The notes under the pieces are model-generated. The model had not been told where the DNA came from and did not search any database. It saw only the letters and a program-made list of their open reading frames with translations. From Hydrurus foetidus (lineage: Eukaryota), in NCBI GenBank assembly GCA_900617105.1, contig UYFQ01000803.1, forward strand, positions 1 through 62,616: a stretch of DNA of 62,616 bases, in the 5' to 3' direction. The first letter of the stretch is position 1. Each line of letters begins with the position of its first letter. Shown piece by piece: positions 37,082 to 49,090 of this stretch. The position numbers and the translations under genes are program-made.

Positions 37082-37864
37082 ATGACATATACACAAATTC
37101 AATTAAAGAAATTTGCGGAATATTCCTCTGGAAAATTGTCTGCCGCTCGTCCAGGTAGTGAGTATTTCGCTGAACCCTACAAACATGTCGTAATCGATGG
37201 TTTTTTTCCAGATGAACTTGCTAGTACGTGCCTAAGTAATTTTCCGCCTATCGGTGACGGTAGCTGGGAGCATGCAAATGATTCTGACATAGAGATCAAA
37301 TACCGCACAAATTGGAAGTCCGAGTTTGATATCCCCGAAGGTATCGTGGATGCGATCCGTATTCTGAATAGCGCTCCTTTTCTAAAAGCGATGAGTACTG
37401 TCATGGGCATTGAAAAAATTATTCCTGATCCCTATTTCACCGGAGGAGGCCTCAACGCCACGATGCGAGGCGGTCTGCTAGATGTGCATGTGGATGGTAA
37501 CTATCACGATGCTACAGGTCTTAACCGGCGACTTAACGCTTTGGTGTACCTTAACCCTGATTGGCGCGAAAATTGGGGCGGTGAGTTCGGCGTGTATGAC
37601 GAAACGGGCGATAAGTGCTTGAAGAAGGTGGCCCCTCTGCATAATCGGTTGGTAATTTTTGATTCACACGACAAAAGTTTTCACGGACTACCAGATCCGA
37701 TTACCTTCCCTGAAGGGGAGCCTCGGCGTTCCATTATTTTATATTACTACACCAAAGAGTCGCGACCAGACAGCCAGATAGCGATCAACGAACCACATAG
37801 TGCGCTTTGGAAGAAACGAGATCTATTAGATAAGCGCGGGAATCGCACTCGCAACTTCACCTGA
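37082..37864 (+). CDS. 2OG-Fe(II) oxygenase
   Basis: HVD..H iron triad (DVHVDGN, SFHG), RRLNALVYLN..W...WGG, RRS. Confidence 0.88.
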   Translation: MTYTQIQLKKFAEYSSGKLSAARPGSEYFAEPYKHVVIDGFFPDELASTCLSNFPPIGDGSWEHANDSDIEIKYRTNWKSEFDIPEGIVDAIRILNSAPFLKAMSTVMGIEKIIPDPYFTGGGLNATMRGGLLDVHVDGNYHDATGLNRRLNALVYLNPDWRENWGGEFGVYDETGDKCLKKVAPLHNRLVIFDSHDKSFHGLPDPITFPEGEPRRSIILYYYTKESRPDSQIAINEPHSALWKKRDLLDKRGNRTRNFT

Positions 37865-37887
37865 CTTACTGAAAGTACTTTGCATTC

Positions 37888-38760
37888 ATGAAAATCGTAG
37901 TTCTGGGGGCCTCTGGAATGCTTGGCCATGCAATGCTTGCGGTACTTGCCGAAAGTCCTGCATTAAACGTAATTGGCACGGTCCGTTCGCCATCGAGTAT
38001 TACACGATTAAGCCCAGCCCTGCGTAGACTCTGCCACTCCACTTTGGATGTTGATAGCCAGGACCAGTTGGTCAACCTATTCGCGACCCTGCAACCTGAT
38101 GTGGTGGTTAATTGCGTTGGTTTGATAAAGCAACTGGAAAAAGCCAACGACCCGCTTTCGGTACTACCAGTTAACGCGATGCTGCCGCACCGCCTTGCAT
38201 GTCTATGCGAACTTTCGGGGGCACGCTTAATTCATGTCAGTACTGACTGCGTATTCTCTGGAAGCAAAGGCGGCTACGTAGAAGAAGATTTGTCTGACGC
38301 CACAGATTTATACGGAAAATCAAAATACATGGGCGAGGTGGCATACCCCCATTGTGTAACGCTGAGGACATCGATTATCGGCCACGAATTAACCGGACGG
38401 AATGCGCTTGTTGAATGGTTTTTATCTCAGGATGGGCCTGTCCGAGGCTTCAGTCGGGCTATCTTCTCAGGGCTACCCACAGTAGAACTTTCGCGACTGG
38501 TACGTGATTATGTATTGGGCAATACTTCACTTAGCGGTGTTTACCATGTTGCATCGCAGCCGATTAATAAGTATAACTTGCTGACGGAGATTGCTCGTGT
38601 TTACGGTAAGCAAATTGCGATTGATAAAGACAACGATTTTGTATTAGATCGTTCTTTGAATGGCAAGCGCTTTTCACAAGCGACTGGATACGTCGCGCCG
38701 TCTTGGCCTGAGTTACTTGTTCGGATGCATGATTTTTATAAGAGTGGATACTATGTTTGA
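37888..38760 (+). CDS. RmlD-like NDP-4-keto-6-deoxyhexose reductase (QnlA/WbvR-like)
   Basis: GASGMLG, HVSTDCVFSG, YGKSK, LRTSIIG. Confidence 0.85.
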   Translation: MKIVVLGASGMLGHAMLAVLAESPALNVIGTVRSPSSITRLSPALRRLCHSTLDVDSQDQLVNLFATLQPDVVVNCVGLIKQLEKANDPLSVLPVNAMLPHRLACLCELSGARLIHVSTDCVFSGSKGGYVEEDLSDATDLYGKSKYMGEVAYPHCVTLRTSIIGHELTGRNALVEWFLSQDGPVRGFSRAIFSGLPTVELSRLVRDYVLGNTSLSGVYHVASQPINKYNLLTEIARVYGKQIAIDKDNDFVLDRSLNGKRFSQATGYVAPSWPELLVRMHDFYKSGYYV

Positions 38761-39763
38761 CGACAAAGTTTTGATGATCACTGGTGGAACGGGGTCATTT
38801 GGCCAAACTGTTTTGCGAAGATTCTTAAACACTTCGGTGCGTGAAATCAGAATATTCAGCCGCGATGAAAAGAAACAGGAGGAGTTACGTCTCGCTCTTA
38901 ACAACAAAAAACTGAAGTTCTGTATTGGCGATGTGCGTGACATTGACAGTGTGTCGCAGGCAATGAAGGGTGTTGATTATGTCTTTCATGCAGCTGCACT
39001 AAAACAGGTACCGTCCTGTGAGTTCTACCCGATGGAGGCCGTGCGGACAAATGTCTTAGGCACCCAAAATGTTATGAATGCAGCGTGTGCCAGTAAGGTC
39101 AGTAGAGTCATTGTTCTCAGCACGGATAAGGCTGTGTATCCAATCAATGCAATGGGGATCTCAAAGGCTATGGCGGAGAAGCTCATGGTCGCTAAGGCAC
39201 GAGCTCAGGCAGAGGGTGAGACAGTTATTTGTGCTACACGGTACGGCAATGTGATGGCGTCCCGCGGGTCGGTGATTCCCCTTTTTGTAAGTCAACTTAA
39301 GGAAGGCCGTCCACTCACTGTTACGGATCCGCAAATGACGCGGTTTCTGATGTCGTTAGAGGATTCGGTGGATCTTGTTTTGTATGCGTTTCAGCACGGC
39401 CAGCAGGGAGACATCTTTGTGCAGAAGGCTCCTGCGTCAACCGTGGAGGATTTGGCACAGGCACTGATCAGGTTATTTAAGGGCGGCAACCCGGTCCAGG
39501 TAATTGGTACGCGCCATGGCGAGAAACTATTCGAATCTCTCATATCTCGCGAGGAGATGGTAAAAGCTGAGGATATGGGGGGTTACTATCGGATCCCTGC
39601 TGACAATCGAGATCTTAACTACGCCCAATACTTTAGTGAAGGTAGTGAGGCGCTCTCGCAAGTTGAAGACTACACGTCACATAACACGAAACGCTTGAGT
39701 GTGCCTGAGGTCACGGAATTGTTGCTGAAGCTTGACTACATTCAGGAAGCACTGAATGCTTAA
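38753..39763 (+). CDS. fnlA: UDP-GlcNAc 4,6-dehydratase/epimerase (FnlA/WbjB/CapE)
   Basis: TGGTGSFG, FSRDEKKQ, HAAALKQVPSCEFYP, STDKAVYPINAMGISKA, RYGNVMASRGSV. Confidence 0.9.
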   Translation: MFDDKVLMITGGTGSFGQTVLRRFLNTSVREIRIFSRDEKKQEELRLALNNKKLKFCIGDVRDIDSVSQAMKGVDYVFHAAALKQVPSCEFYPMEAVRTNVLGTQNVMNAACASKVSRVIVLSTDKAVYPINAMGISKAMAEKLMVAKARAQAEGETVICATRYGNVMASRGSVIPLFVSQLKEGRPLTVTDPQMTRFLMSLEDSVDLVLYAFQHGQQGDIFVQKAPASTVEDLAQALIRLFKGGNPVQVIGTRHGEKLFESLISREEMVKAEDMGGYYRIPADNRDLNYAQYFSEGSEALSQVEDYTSHNTKRLSVPEVTELLLKLDYIQEALNA

Positions 39764-40877
39764 GGTGATGACCATCGTGGGCACGCGCCCGGAATTGATA
39801 AAAATGAGTCGCGTAATTGCCGAGTTGGATCGCCATACGCGTCATGTGTTGGTACACACTGGACAAAATTACGATTACGAGCTGAATCAAATTTTTTTCG
39901 AAGAGATGGAAATACGGAAGCCTGATTATTTCTTAGGTGCAGTTGGAGAGACTGCCGCCGCGACTATCGGGCAGGTCATCATGAAATCGGATGAAATTCT
40001 GGCAGCTGAGGCGCCAGATGCCGTCTTGTTGTACGGCGACACCAATTCGTCGTTAGCAGTGATTGCGGCCAAGCGACGCAAAATCCCGGTATTTCATTTG
40101 GAGGCCGGTAATAGATGCTTCGATCAAAGAGTTCCTGAAGAGCTCAACCGAAAGGTACTGGATCACTTAAGCGACATTAACCTCGTGTTGACTGAGCATG
40201 CCCGCCGCTACCTCATCTCCGAAGGCATACGGCCCGAGACCATTATCAAGACCGGCTCACATATGGATGAAGTGCTGAAGCACTATATGCCGAGCATTGA
40301 AAAGTCGGACGTGGTTCAACGGCTCGGCTTCAAGTGCGGTGAGTTTTTCGTGGTCAGTGCCCACCGTGAAGAAAATGTAGACGCTCCAGAAAACTTGCGC
40401 GACCTGGTGGCCACCCTCAATGCATTGGCCGACGCTTATGGTTTTCCGATCATCGTTTCCACACATCCGCGTACTCGCAAGCGTTTGGATGCACTAGGCG
40501 TGACGGACATCCACCCCTTGGTTGACTTTGCCAAACCCATGGGGTTCTTCGACTTTGTGAAGTTGCAGATGGCGGCCAAATGCGTGATCTCCGACAGCGG
40601 CACCATCACTGAAGAGGCGGCTTTGCTGAACATTCCCGCTATTACCATCCGCTACGCTCATGAGCGCCCAGAGGGCATGGACGAGGGCACGTTGATCATG
40701 TGCGGCCTCAAAACTGGGGAAGTGCTTGAGGCTGTCAAAGTTGTCTGTGAGCAATTTGCCGAACATGGCGCTATGCGTCAGGTAGCGGATTACCTCGCAC
40801 CGTCGGTGTCGCGCAAGATTGTGCGCTTGGTGATGAGCTATACCGGGTACGTAAATCGAACTGTGTGGAGGCAATGA
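39756..40877 (+). CDS. Non-hydrolysing UDP-HexNAc 2-epimerase (FnlC/WbjD/QnlB-like)
   Basis: VGTRPE, HTGQNYD, GDTNS, EAGNRCFD, HREEN, SDSGTITEE. Confidence 0.9.
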   Translation: MLKVMTIVGTRPELIKMSRVIAELDRHTRHVLVHTGQNYDYELNQIFFEEMEIRKPDYFLGAVGETAAATIGQVIMKSDEILAAEAPDAVLLYGDTNSSLAVIAAKRRKIPVFHLEAGNRCFDQRVPEELNRKVLDHLSDINLVLTEHARRYLISEGIRPETIIKTGSHMDEVLKHYMPSIEKSDVVQRLGFKCGEFFVVSAHREENVDAPENLRDLVATLNALADAYGFPIIVSTHPRTRKRLDALGVTDIHPLVDFAKPMGFFDFVKLQMAAKCVISDSGTITEEAALLNIPAITIRYAHERPEGMDEGTLIMCGLKTGEVLEAVKVVCEQFAEHGAMRQVADYLAPSVSRKIVRLVMSYTGYVNRTVWRQ

Positions 40878-40895
40878 CATGCGGGTGATGTTGGC

Positions 40896-41798
40896 GTGAG
40901 TGCCACAGGTGACTCCATTCTAGTAACAGGCTCTTCCGGATTCGTCGGCAAAGCCCTCTGGGAAGAGCTTTCCAAACGAAATATGTCTTTTGCCCAAGTA
41001 TCACGTGCGTGGCTAGCTCCTGAAAACATAGCGGATTCTTTGCGCCAGTACAGTATCGTGGTGCATTTGGCAGCGCGTGTGCACGTCATGCACGATGCCG
41101 CGCTGGACCCACTGAACGAATACCGCCGCACCAACGTGCATGGCACACTTAACCTAGCCCGTCAGGCCGCAGCGGCGGGTGTGCGGCGTTTCGTATTTAT
41201 CAGCTCGGTCAAGGTGAATGGCGAATCCACGGCGGAGGGGCACTGCTTCAAGCCAGATGACCTGCCGGCGCCGCAAGACCCCTACGGCATTAGCAAAATG
41301 GAGGCGGAGCAGGGCTTGCGCAAGATCGCCAAAGAAACCGGTATGCAGGTCGTCATCATCCGTCCACCCTTAGTCTACGGCCCGGGAGTGAAAGCCAACT
41401 TTGCTGCGCTGATGCGCTTCGTGCAGCGTGGTTGGCCTCTACCCCTAGGCGCGGTGCACAACCAGCGCAGCCTGGTCGCGCTTGGTAATTTGGTCGACTT
41501 CATCATCACCTGTACCACCCATCCCGCAGCGACCAACCAGACCTTTTTGGTGAGTGACGGGCAGGATCTGTCCACCGAAGCTTTGGTGCGTGGCATGGCG
41601 CAAGCAGCGGGTGTGCCCGCGCGCCTGTTGCCCGTCCCGGTGCCGCTCTTGCGTTTGGCTGGGCGCATGCTGGGCAAGGCCGACGCCATAGACCGCTTGT
41701 GTGGCAACTTACAGGTGGACAGTTCCAAGGCCCGAGATCTGCTGGGTTGGGTACCACCAGTGTCGGTTGAAGAGGGCTTGCGGCGCGTACTCCGTTGA
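40896..41798 (+). CDS. NAD-dependent sugar epimerase/4-reductase (WbpV/WbpK-like)
   Basis: TGSSGFVG, HLAARVHVM, SSVKVNGE, YGISK, RPPLVYGPGVKANF. Confidence 0.88.
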   Translation: MSATGDSILVTGSSGFVGKALWEELSKRNMSFAQVSRAWLAPENIADSLRQYSIVVHLAARVHVMHDAALDPLNEYRRTNVHGTLNLARQAAAAGVRRFVFISSVKVNGESTAEGHCFKPDDLPAPQDPYGISKMEAEQGLRKIAKETGMQVVIIRPPLVYGPGVKANFAALMRFVQRGWPLPLGAVHNQRSLVALGNLVDFIITCTTHPAATNQTFLVSDGQDLSTEALVRGMAQAAGVPARLLPVPVPLLRLAGRMLGKADAIDRLCGNLQVDSSKARDLLGWVPPVSVEEGLRRVLR

Positions 41799-41811
41799 TA
41801 TGCATCACTTC

Positions 41812-42372
41812 ATGAAGCGTTTGTTCGACCTGTTCCTGTTGTCCCTCGCGCTGCCTGTACTGGCAGTCCCCCTGTCGCTAGTCGCAGTGCTAGTACGTAT
41901 CACTTCCAAAGGACCATCCTTCTATTGGTCCGCCCGTGTAGGGCGGGACAACCGGATATTTCAGATGCCCAAGTTCCGCACCATGGGTGTAGGCACACCT
42001 GCAGTAGCGACCCACTTGCTGAACAGCCCGGAGAGTTACCTGACTCCCATCGGCTCCTTTCTGCGTAAATCCAGCCTGGACGAGTTACCCCAACTCTGGA
42101 GCATTCTCAAAGGCGATATGAGCTTTGTCGGCCCAAGGCCAGCGCTTTTTAATCAGAAGGACCTGATTGCACTGCGCACCCAGGCTGGCGTGCACACACT
42201 GGTGCCCGGCCTCACGGGTTGGGCACAGGTCAATGGTCGCGACGAATTGCCCATCCCTCAAAAAGTGCAGCTCGACGTGCAATACCTGCACAATCGCTCC
42301 TTCGGGCTGGACTTGAAAATACTCTGGACGACCGCCCAGAAGGTGCTCGCCAGAGACGGAGTTTCTCATTGA
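41812..42372 (+). CDS. Initiating phosphoglycosyl transferase (small bacterial sugar transferase)
   Basis: MKRLFDL, KFRTM, LRKSSLDELPQL, GDMSFVGPRP, PGLTGWAQVNGR. Confidence 0.92.
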   Translation: MKRLFDLFLLSLALPVLAVPLSLVAVLVRITSKGPSFYWSARVGRDNRIFQMPKFRTMGVGTPAVATHLLNSPESYLTPIGSFLRKSSLDELPQLWSILKGDMSFVGPRPALFNQKDLIALRTQAGVHTLVPGLTGWAQVNGRDELPIPQKVQLDVQYLHNRSFGLDLKILWTTAQKVLARDGVSH

Positions 42373-42417
42373 ACCATGTTGAAGATCAGACTCCTGTCTC
42401 CGTGACGGACGTCGCGT

Positions 42418-42641
42418 GCCACTCAGCAATGCGTCCAATTTGGCCTAGGCTGCATTGACCATCTATCAAATGGGGCGCAGGGGATGATTTGCAGGCACAA
42501 AATCATCCAGGTAACGCATCGTGAAGAGGCTTTCGGTGAAGGTATCGCCTCCGCGCATCGCAATATCTCGGTAGTAGCTGCGTTTATACGTGCTGGCAAC
42601 GTTCCGGATATAGGATCGCTGGGAGGTATTTCAGCAGCCGG
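42418..42641 (-). pseudogene. 5' remnant of an IS5/IS1182-like (DUF772) transposase with its left end
   Basis: From ATG 42558 the minus strand reads MRGGDTFTESLFTMRYLDDFVPANHPLRPI**MVNAA*AKLDALLSG; end-like GGCTGCTGAAATACC upstream. Confidence 0.75.
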
Positions 42642-42720
42642 TTACGCCACCCTCGAAAAATTCAGACCCGGATTGCAAGTCAAATTAGCTCCCTCTTCTA
42701 TGAAGAACGTTGGGGCACTA
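42642..42720 (+). mobile_element. Second terminal remnant of the IS630-like element
   Basis: Inverted 68/79 match to 20414-20492; ends CACTA. Confidence 0.55.
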
Positions 42721-42726
42721 ATGATG

Positions 42727-42761
42727 TCAGCACATTTCAAGGGGAGTTACGCAGAGTGTGC
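42727..42761 (-). mobile_element. Degenerate IS5 left end
   Basis: Reverse complement matches 31309-31343 at 28/35. Confidence 0.55.
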
Positions 42762-42903
42762 TTGACGTGGAATATCTGCGGACATATGCCTTTGGGCTCA
42801 ATTTGAAGATGCTGCCTCATACAGTGTTGAAAGTACTGAAGCGAGATGGTGTAGCCCATTAGAATGGTTGTTCCTATTGTCGATACGTAACGGAGATATA
42901 CGC

Positions 42904-43255
42904 ATGAGCAGCTTGATAGATATTCAAAGCCAGATTCAGAAGTTGCAGAAACAAGCTGAAGGCATTAAAGCCAAGGAATTCCAAAGCACGCTTCAAGATA
43001 TCTTGGCCAAAATGCAGGCGTTCGGTATTACGGTCAAAGATTTGCAGGTCGCAAAGCCTGCCAAGTCGGGCAAAGTCGGGCGCCAAACTAAAGTTGGCGG
43101 TGAAAAAGCTCCAAAAGCCCTTAAAAAAGCCACGATTGCTGTAGCCCCGAAATTTCGCGGGCCCAATGGTGAGACGTGGTCCGGACGCGGCTTGACTCCC
43201 AAATGGTTGGCCGCCCTCATCGCGCAGGGCCAACCCAAGGAATCGTTCGCCATCA

Positions 43256-43263
<8 letters not shown>
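42904..43263 (+). CDS. hns: H-NS family nucleoid protein
   Basis: N-terminal coiled coil; VAPKFRGPNGETWSGRGLTPKWL DNA-binding motif; GGAGA RBS. Confidence 0.9.
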
Positions 43264-46106
<2,843 letters not shown>

Positions 46107-46112
46107 TTTGCT

Positions 46113-46799
46113 ATGAGACTGCTGCTGGTGGAAGACGATGTGATGGTGGCCAGCGGCATCAAGCTGGGCCTGTCGGACGCCGGCTATGCGGTGGACTGGG
46201 TGGGCAGCGCCGAGCGTGCGTTGGAAGTCACCCAGGCCGAATCGTTTGATGTGGCCGTGGTCGACATCGGCCTGCCGCAAATGGACGGCCTGGCGCTTAC
46301 GCAAGCGCTGCGCAAGAACGGCCACAGCATGCCGGTGCTGATCCTCACCGCGCGCGATGCGCTGCAGGACCGTGTGCAGGGCCTGGACATGGGCGCCGAC
46401 GATTACATGGTCAAACCCTTCGAGTTGCCCGAGCTGCTGGCCCGCTTGCGTGCGCTGCTGCGCCGATCGCAGGCCGCCACCTCGGCCACGCTGAGCTTTG
46501 GCCCGCTGGAGCTGGACACGGCCCAGCGCCAGGCCTGCATCCGCGGGGCGGGTGGCGTGGCCCAGCCCATCGAGCTGGGCCCGCGCGAATGGACCGTGAT
46601 GGAGTACCTGTTGCTACAGGCCCCCAAACCCGCCAACAAAGACAAGCTGCTGCAGGCCCTGACGGGTTGGGACAAGGAGATCACGCCCAACGCGGTCGAG
46701 GTCTACATCTCGCGCCTGCGTGGCAAGCTGGAGCCGCACGGCATCGCGCTGCGCTCCATCCGCGGCTTTGGCTACCGGCTGGAACTGCTGGTGGCCTGA
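46113..46799 (+). CDS. OmpR-family response regulator (TctD/QseB-like)
   Basis: LLVEDD, DIGLP, GADDYMVKPF, VEVYISRLRGKL, IRGFGY. Confidence 0.93.
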   Translation: MRLLLVEDDVMVASGIKLGLSDAGYAVDWVGSAERALEVTQAESFDVAVVDIGLPQMDGLALTQALRKNGHSMPVLILTARDALQDRVQGLDMGADDYMVKPFELPELLARLRALLRRSQAATSATLSFGPLELDTAQRQACIRGAGGVAQPIELGPREWTVMEYLLLQAPKPANKDKLLQALTGWDKEITPNAVEVYISRLRGKLEPHGIALRSIRGFGYRLELLVA

Positions 46800-46811
46800 C
46801 CAGGGTCCCGT

Positions 46812-48254
46812 ATGACCAGCGGCATGTCCTCCGGCTTGCAGCGGCGCCTGTTGCTGCTACTGCTGCTGCCCCTGCTGCTGCTGGCCGCGCTCAACACCTG
46901 GTTTGACTTCCGCTCGGCCGATGGTGCCGCGTTGCAGCAGGACCGCCAACTGCTCAATCTGACCCCTCTGTTGGCCGATTCGGTGGTCGCGCGCGGTGAG
47001 ACCGAGATTTCTCCGCCGGTGCTGCTCATTGCGCCGCAGGTGGACGACTTCCTGAGCGCGCGGCCAGGCATGTCGGCGTTTGCGGTCGTTGGGCTAGAGG
47101 GGCGCGTACTGGTGGGGGACGAGTGGCTCACTGGCCTGCCGCCCACCACCAAGGAGGCCGAGTTCTCCAGCGAGGAATACCAGGGCATCACCTACCGCAT
47201 CGTCAGCCAGCGCGTCAAGACCGTGGCCGGAGAGCTGGTGGTGCGCTTGGCTGATGGCTCTGACCCACGACAACAGTGGCTGAGCTTGTTAGCGTTCAAG
47301 GTGCTGTTGCCCAACCTGTTGCTGTCCATTGCCGGCTTCTTCGCGGTCAACTGGGCGGTGCGCACCGCGCTACGGCCGCTGCTGGAGTTGAAGGACGCGG
47401 TGGAGCGCCGCTCCCCGCGCGACCTGTCGGCGCTGGACCCCGATGCTTCGCCTGACGAGGTGCGGCCCCTGGTGCTGTCGCTGAACCGCCTGTTTGGCCT
47501 TGTCAATGCGCAGGCCGAAAGCCAGGCCCGTTTTGTGGCCGATGCGGCCCACCAGCTGCGCACGCCACTGGCCGGGTTGCAGGCGCAGGTGGAAGCCTGG
47601 GCGCAAGCCGTCAGCGGTGGGAAAAATACACAAAATAGCCCGCTAGCCCCCGTCAATACTGCGCCAGCCACTATTACTTTAGGAGCGGACCAAGTGCTGC
47701 GCCTGCGCCAGGCGGTGCGGCGCACTTCGCAGTTGGCGAACCAGTTGCTCGCGCTCTCCCGTGCGGACTCACGCAGCGCTCAGGGCCAGCCCATGCAGCG
47801 CGTGGACCTGAAACAGCTGTGCGAGGTGGTGCTCGAAGCCCAGCTCGAAGCCGCCACGCGCAAGGACATCGACTTTGGCCTGGACGCCGCCCCCGCCCAC
47901 GTCACGGGCCAAGAATGGCTGCTGCGCGAACTGCTGGTCAACCTGGTGGACAACGCGCTGAAATACACGCCCCAGGGTGGCCGCGTCACGCTGCGCTGCG
48001 GCGTGCGGCCCCCAGCAAGCGGTGCCATTCCGCAGCCGTTTATCGAGGTGGAAGACGACGGCCCCGGCATCCCCGCGGCCGAGCAGCGCCGCGTGCTGGA
48101 GCGCTTCTACCGCGTGCCAGGCACTGCGGTGGAGGGCAATGGCCTGGGCCTGGCGATTGCCGATGAGATAGCCCGTGTGCACCGCAGCCCCCTGCAGCTG
48201 GGCAGTGGCGCAGCCGGCCGGGGTCTGCGTGTCTGGCTGAGCTTGCCGGCCTAG
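46812..48254 (+). CDS. Sensor histidine kinase (TctE/QseC-like)
   Basis: Two TMs, H-box DAAHQLRTPL, NLVDNALKY, DDGPGI, GNGLGL. Confidence 0.93.
   Translation: MTSGMSSGLQRRLLLLLLLPLLLLAALNTWFDFRSADGAALQQDRQLLNLTPLLADSVVARGETEISPPVLLIAPQVDDFLSARPGMSAFAVVGLEGRVLVGDEWLTGLPPTTKEAEFSSEEYQGITYRIVSQRVKTVAGELVVRLADGSDPRQQWLSLLAFKVLLPNLLLSIAGFFAVNWAVRTALRPLLELKDAVERRSPRDLSALDPDASPDEVRPLVLSLNRLFGLVNAQAESQARFVADAAHQLRTPLAGLQAQVEAWAQAVSGGKNTQNSPLAPVNTAPATITLGADQVLRLRQAVRRTSQLANQLLALSRADSRSAQGQPMQRVDLKQLCEVVLEAQLEAATRKDIDFGLDAAPAHVTGQEWLLRELLVNLVDNALKYTPQGGRVTLRCGVRPPASGAIPQPFIEVEDDGPGIPAAEQRRVLERFYRVPGTAVEGNGLGLAIADEIARVHRSPLQLGSGAAGRGLRVWLSLPA
47632..47686 (-). repeat. 55-bp interspersed repeat, copy C (inside kinase CDS)
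   Basis: Reverse complement GCTCCTAAAGTAATAGTGGCTGGCGCAGTATTGACGGGGGCTAGCGGGCTATTTT matches copy B at 40/55 without gaps. Confidence 0.85.
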
Positions 48255-48310
48255 CCGCGCGGCCTGCCTGCCCTGTGCGAGAATCATCCGACCCAACCGC
48301 CTGACCCACC

Positions 48311-48982
48311 ATGCCCGACGCATTCGCCCCCTCTGCCGACGCTGCCCATGCCGCGGACACCGAGCACCAGAGCACGGGCCGCAAACGCCCTAAACCGGGC
48401 GAACGTCGTGTTCAGATCCTGCAAACCCTGGCCACCATGCTGGAGCAGCCCGGTGGCGAACGCATCACCACCGCCGCCCTGGCAGCCCGGTTAGAGGTGA
48501 GCGAAGCCGCGCTGTACCGCCACTTCGCCAGCAAGGCGCAGATGTTCGAAGGGCTCATCGATTTCATTGAAAGCACGGTGTTCTCCCTGATCACCCAGAT
48601 CGTGGAGCGCGAGCCGCTGGCAGGCGAGGCGGGTAACCCCGGCGCGCGCCAAGCCGCCCGCATTGCCACCATGCTGGTGCAGTTTGCCGAGAAGAACCCT
48701 GGTATGGCCCGTGTCATGGTGGGCGATGCCTTGGTGCTGGAAAACGAACGCCTGCAGCAGCGCATGAACCAGTTGTTTGACAAGGTGGAAGCCGCGATCA
48801 AACAGTGCCTGCGCGACAGCACCACGGCCCAAGCTTCCGCCACTCCCACGGTAGACGCGCAAGTGCGCGCCGCCGCCGTGACCGCCTTCATCGCCGGCCG
48901 CCTGCAGCGCTACACCCGCTCGGGTTTCAAGCGCCTACCGTCCGAGCACCTCGAGCCCGCGCTGCAGGTCATGCTGGGGTAA
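48311..48982 (+). CDS. slmA: Nucleoid occlusion factor SlmA (TetR family)
   Basis: RITTAALAARLEVSEAALYRHFASKAQMFEGLI, NPGM.RV..GDAL..E..RL; downstream of argB. Confidence 0.9.
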   Translation: MPDAFAPSADAAHAADTEHQSTGRKRPKPGERRVQILQTLATMLEQPGGERITTAALAARLEVSEAALYRHFASKAQMFEGLIDFIESTVFSLITQIVEREPLAGEAGNPGARQAARIATMLVQFAEKNPGMARVMVGDALVLENERLQQRMNQLFDKVEAAIKQCLRDSTTAQASATPTVDAQVRAAAVTAFIAGRLQRYTRSGFKRLPSEHLEPALQVMLG

Positions 48983-49050
48983 ACCCGTAGATCTGCTAGG
49001 AGAAGCCCTCTAGAACTGGGGGGTTATGAGGGTGAGTGGTGGAAATGCTG

Positions 49051-49076
49051 CAAAATAGCACGATCGTTCTATTTTG
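49051..49076. promoter_or_regulatory. Palindromic TetR operator for the beta-oxidation operon
   Basis: CAAAATAGCACGATCGTTCTATTTTG, one mismatched pair, 14 nt upstream of the TetR start. Confidence 0.75.
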
Positions 49077-49090
49077 TGATCTACCTATCC

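Noticed and set aside
42484..42765. 93-aa ORF in the intergenic region
   Set aside because: Reads across three IS scars; chimeric
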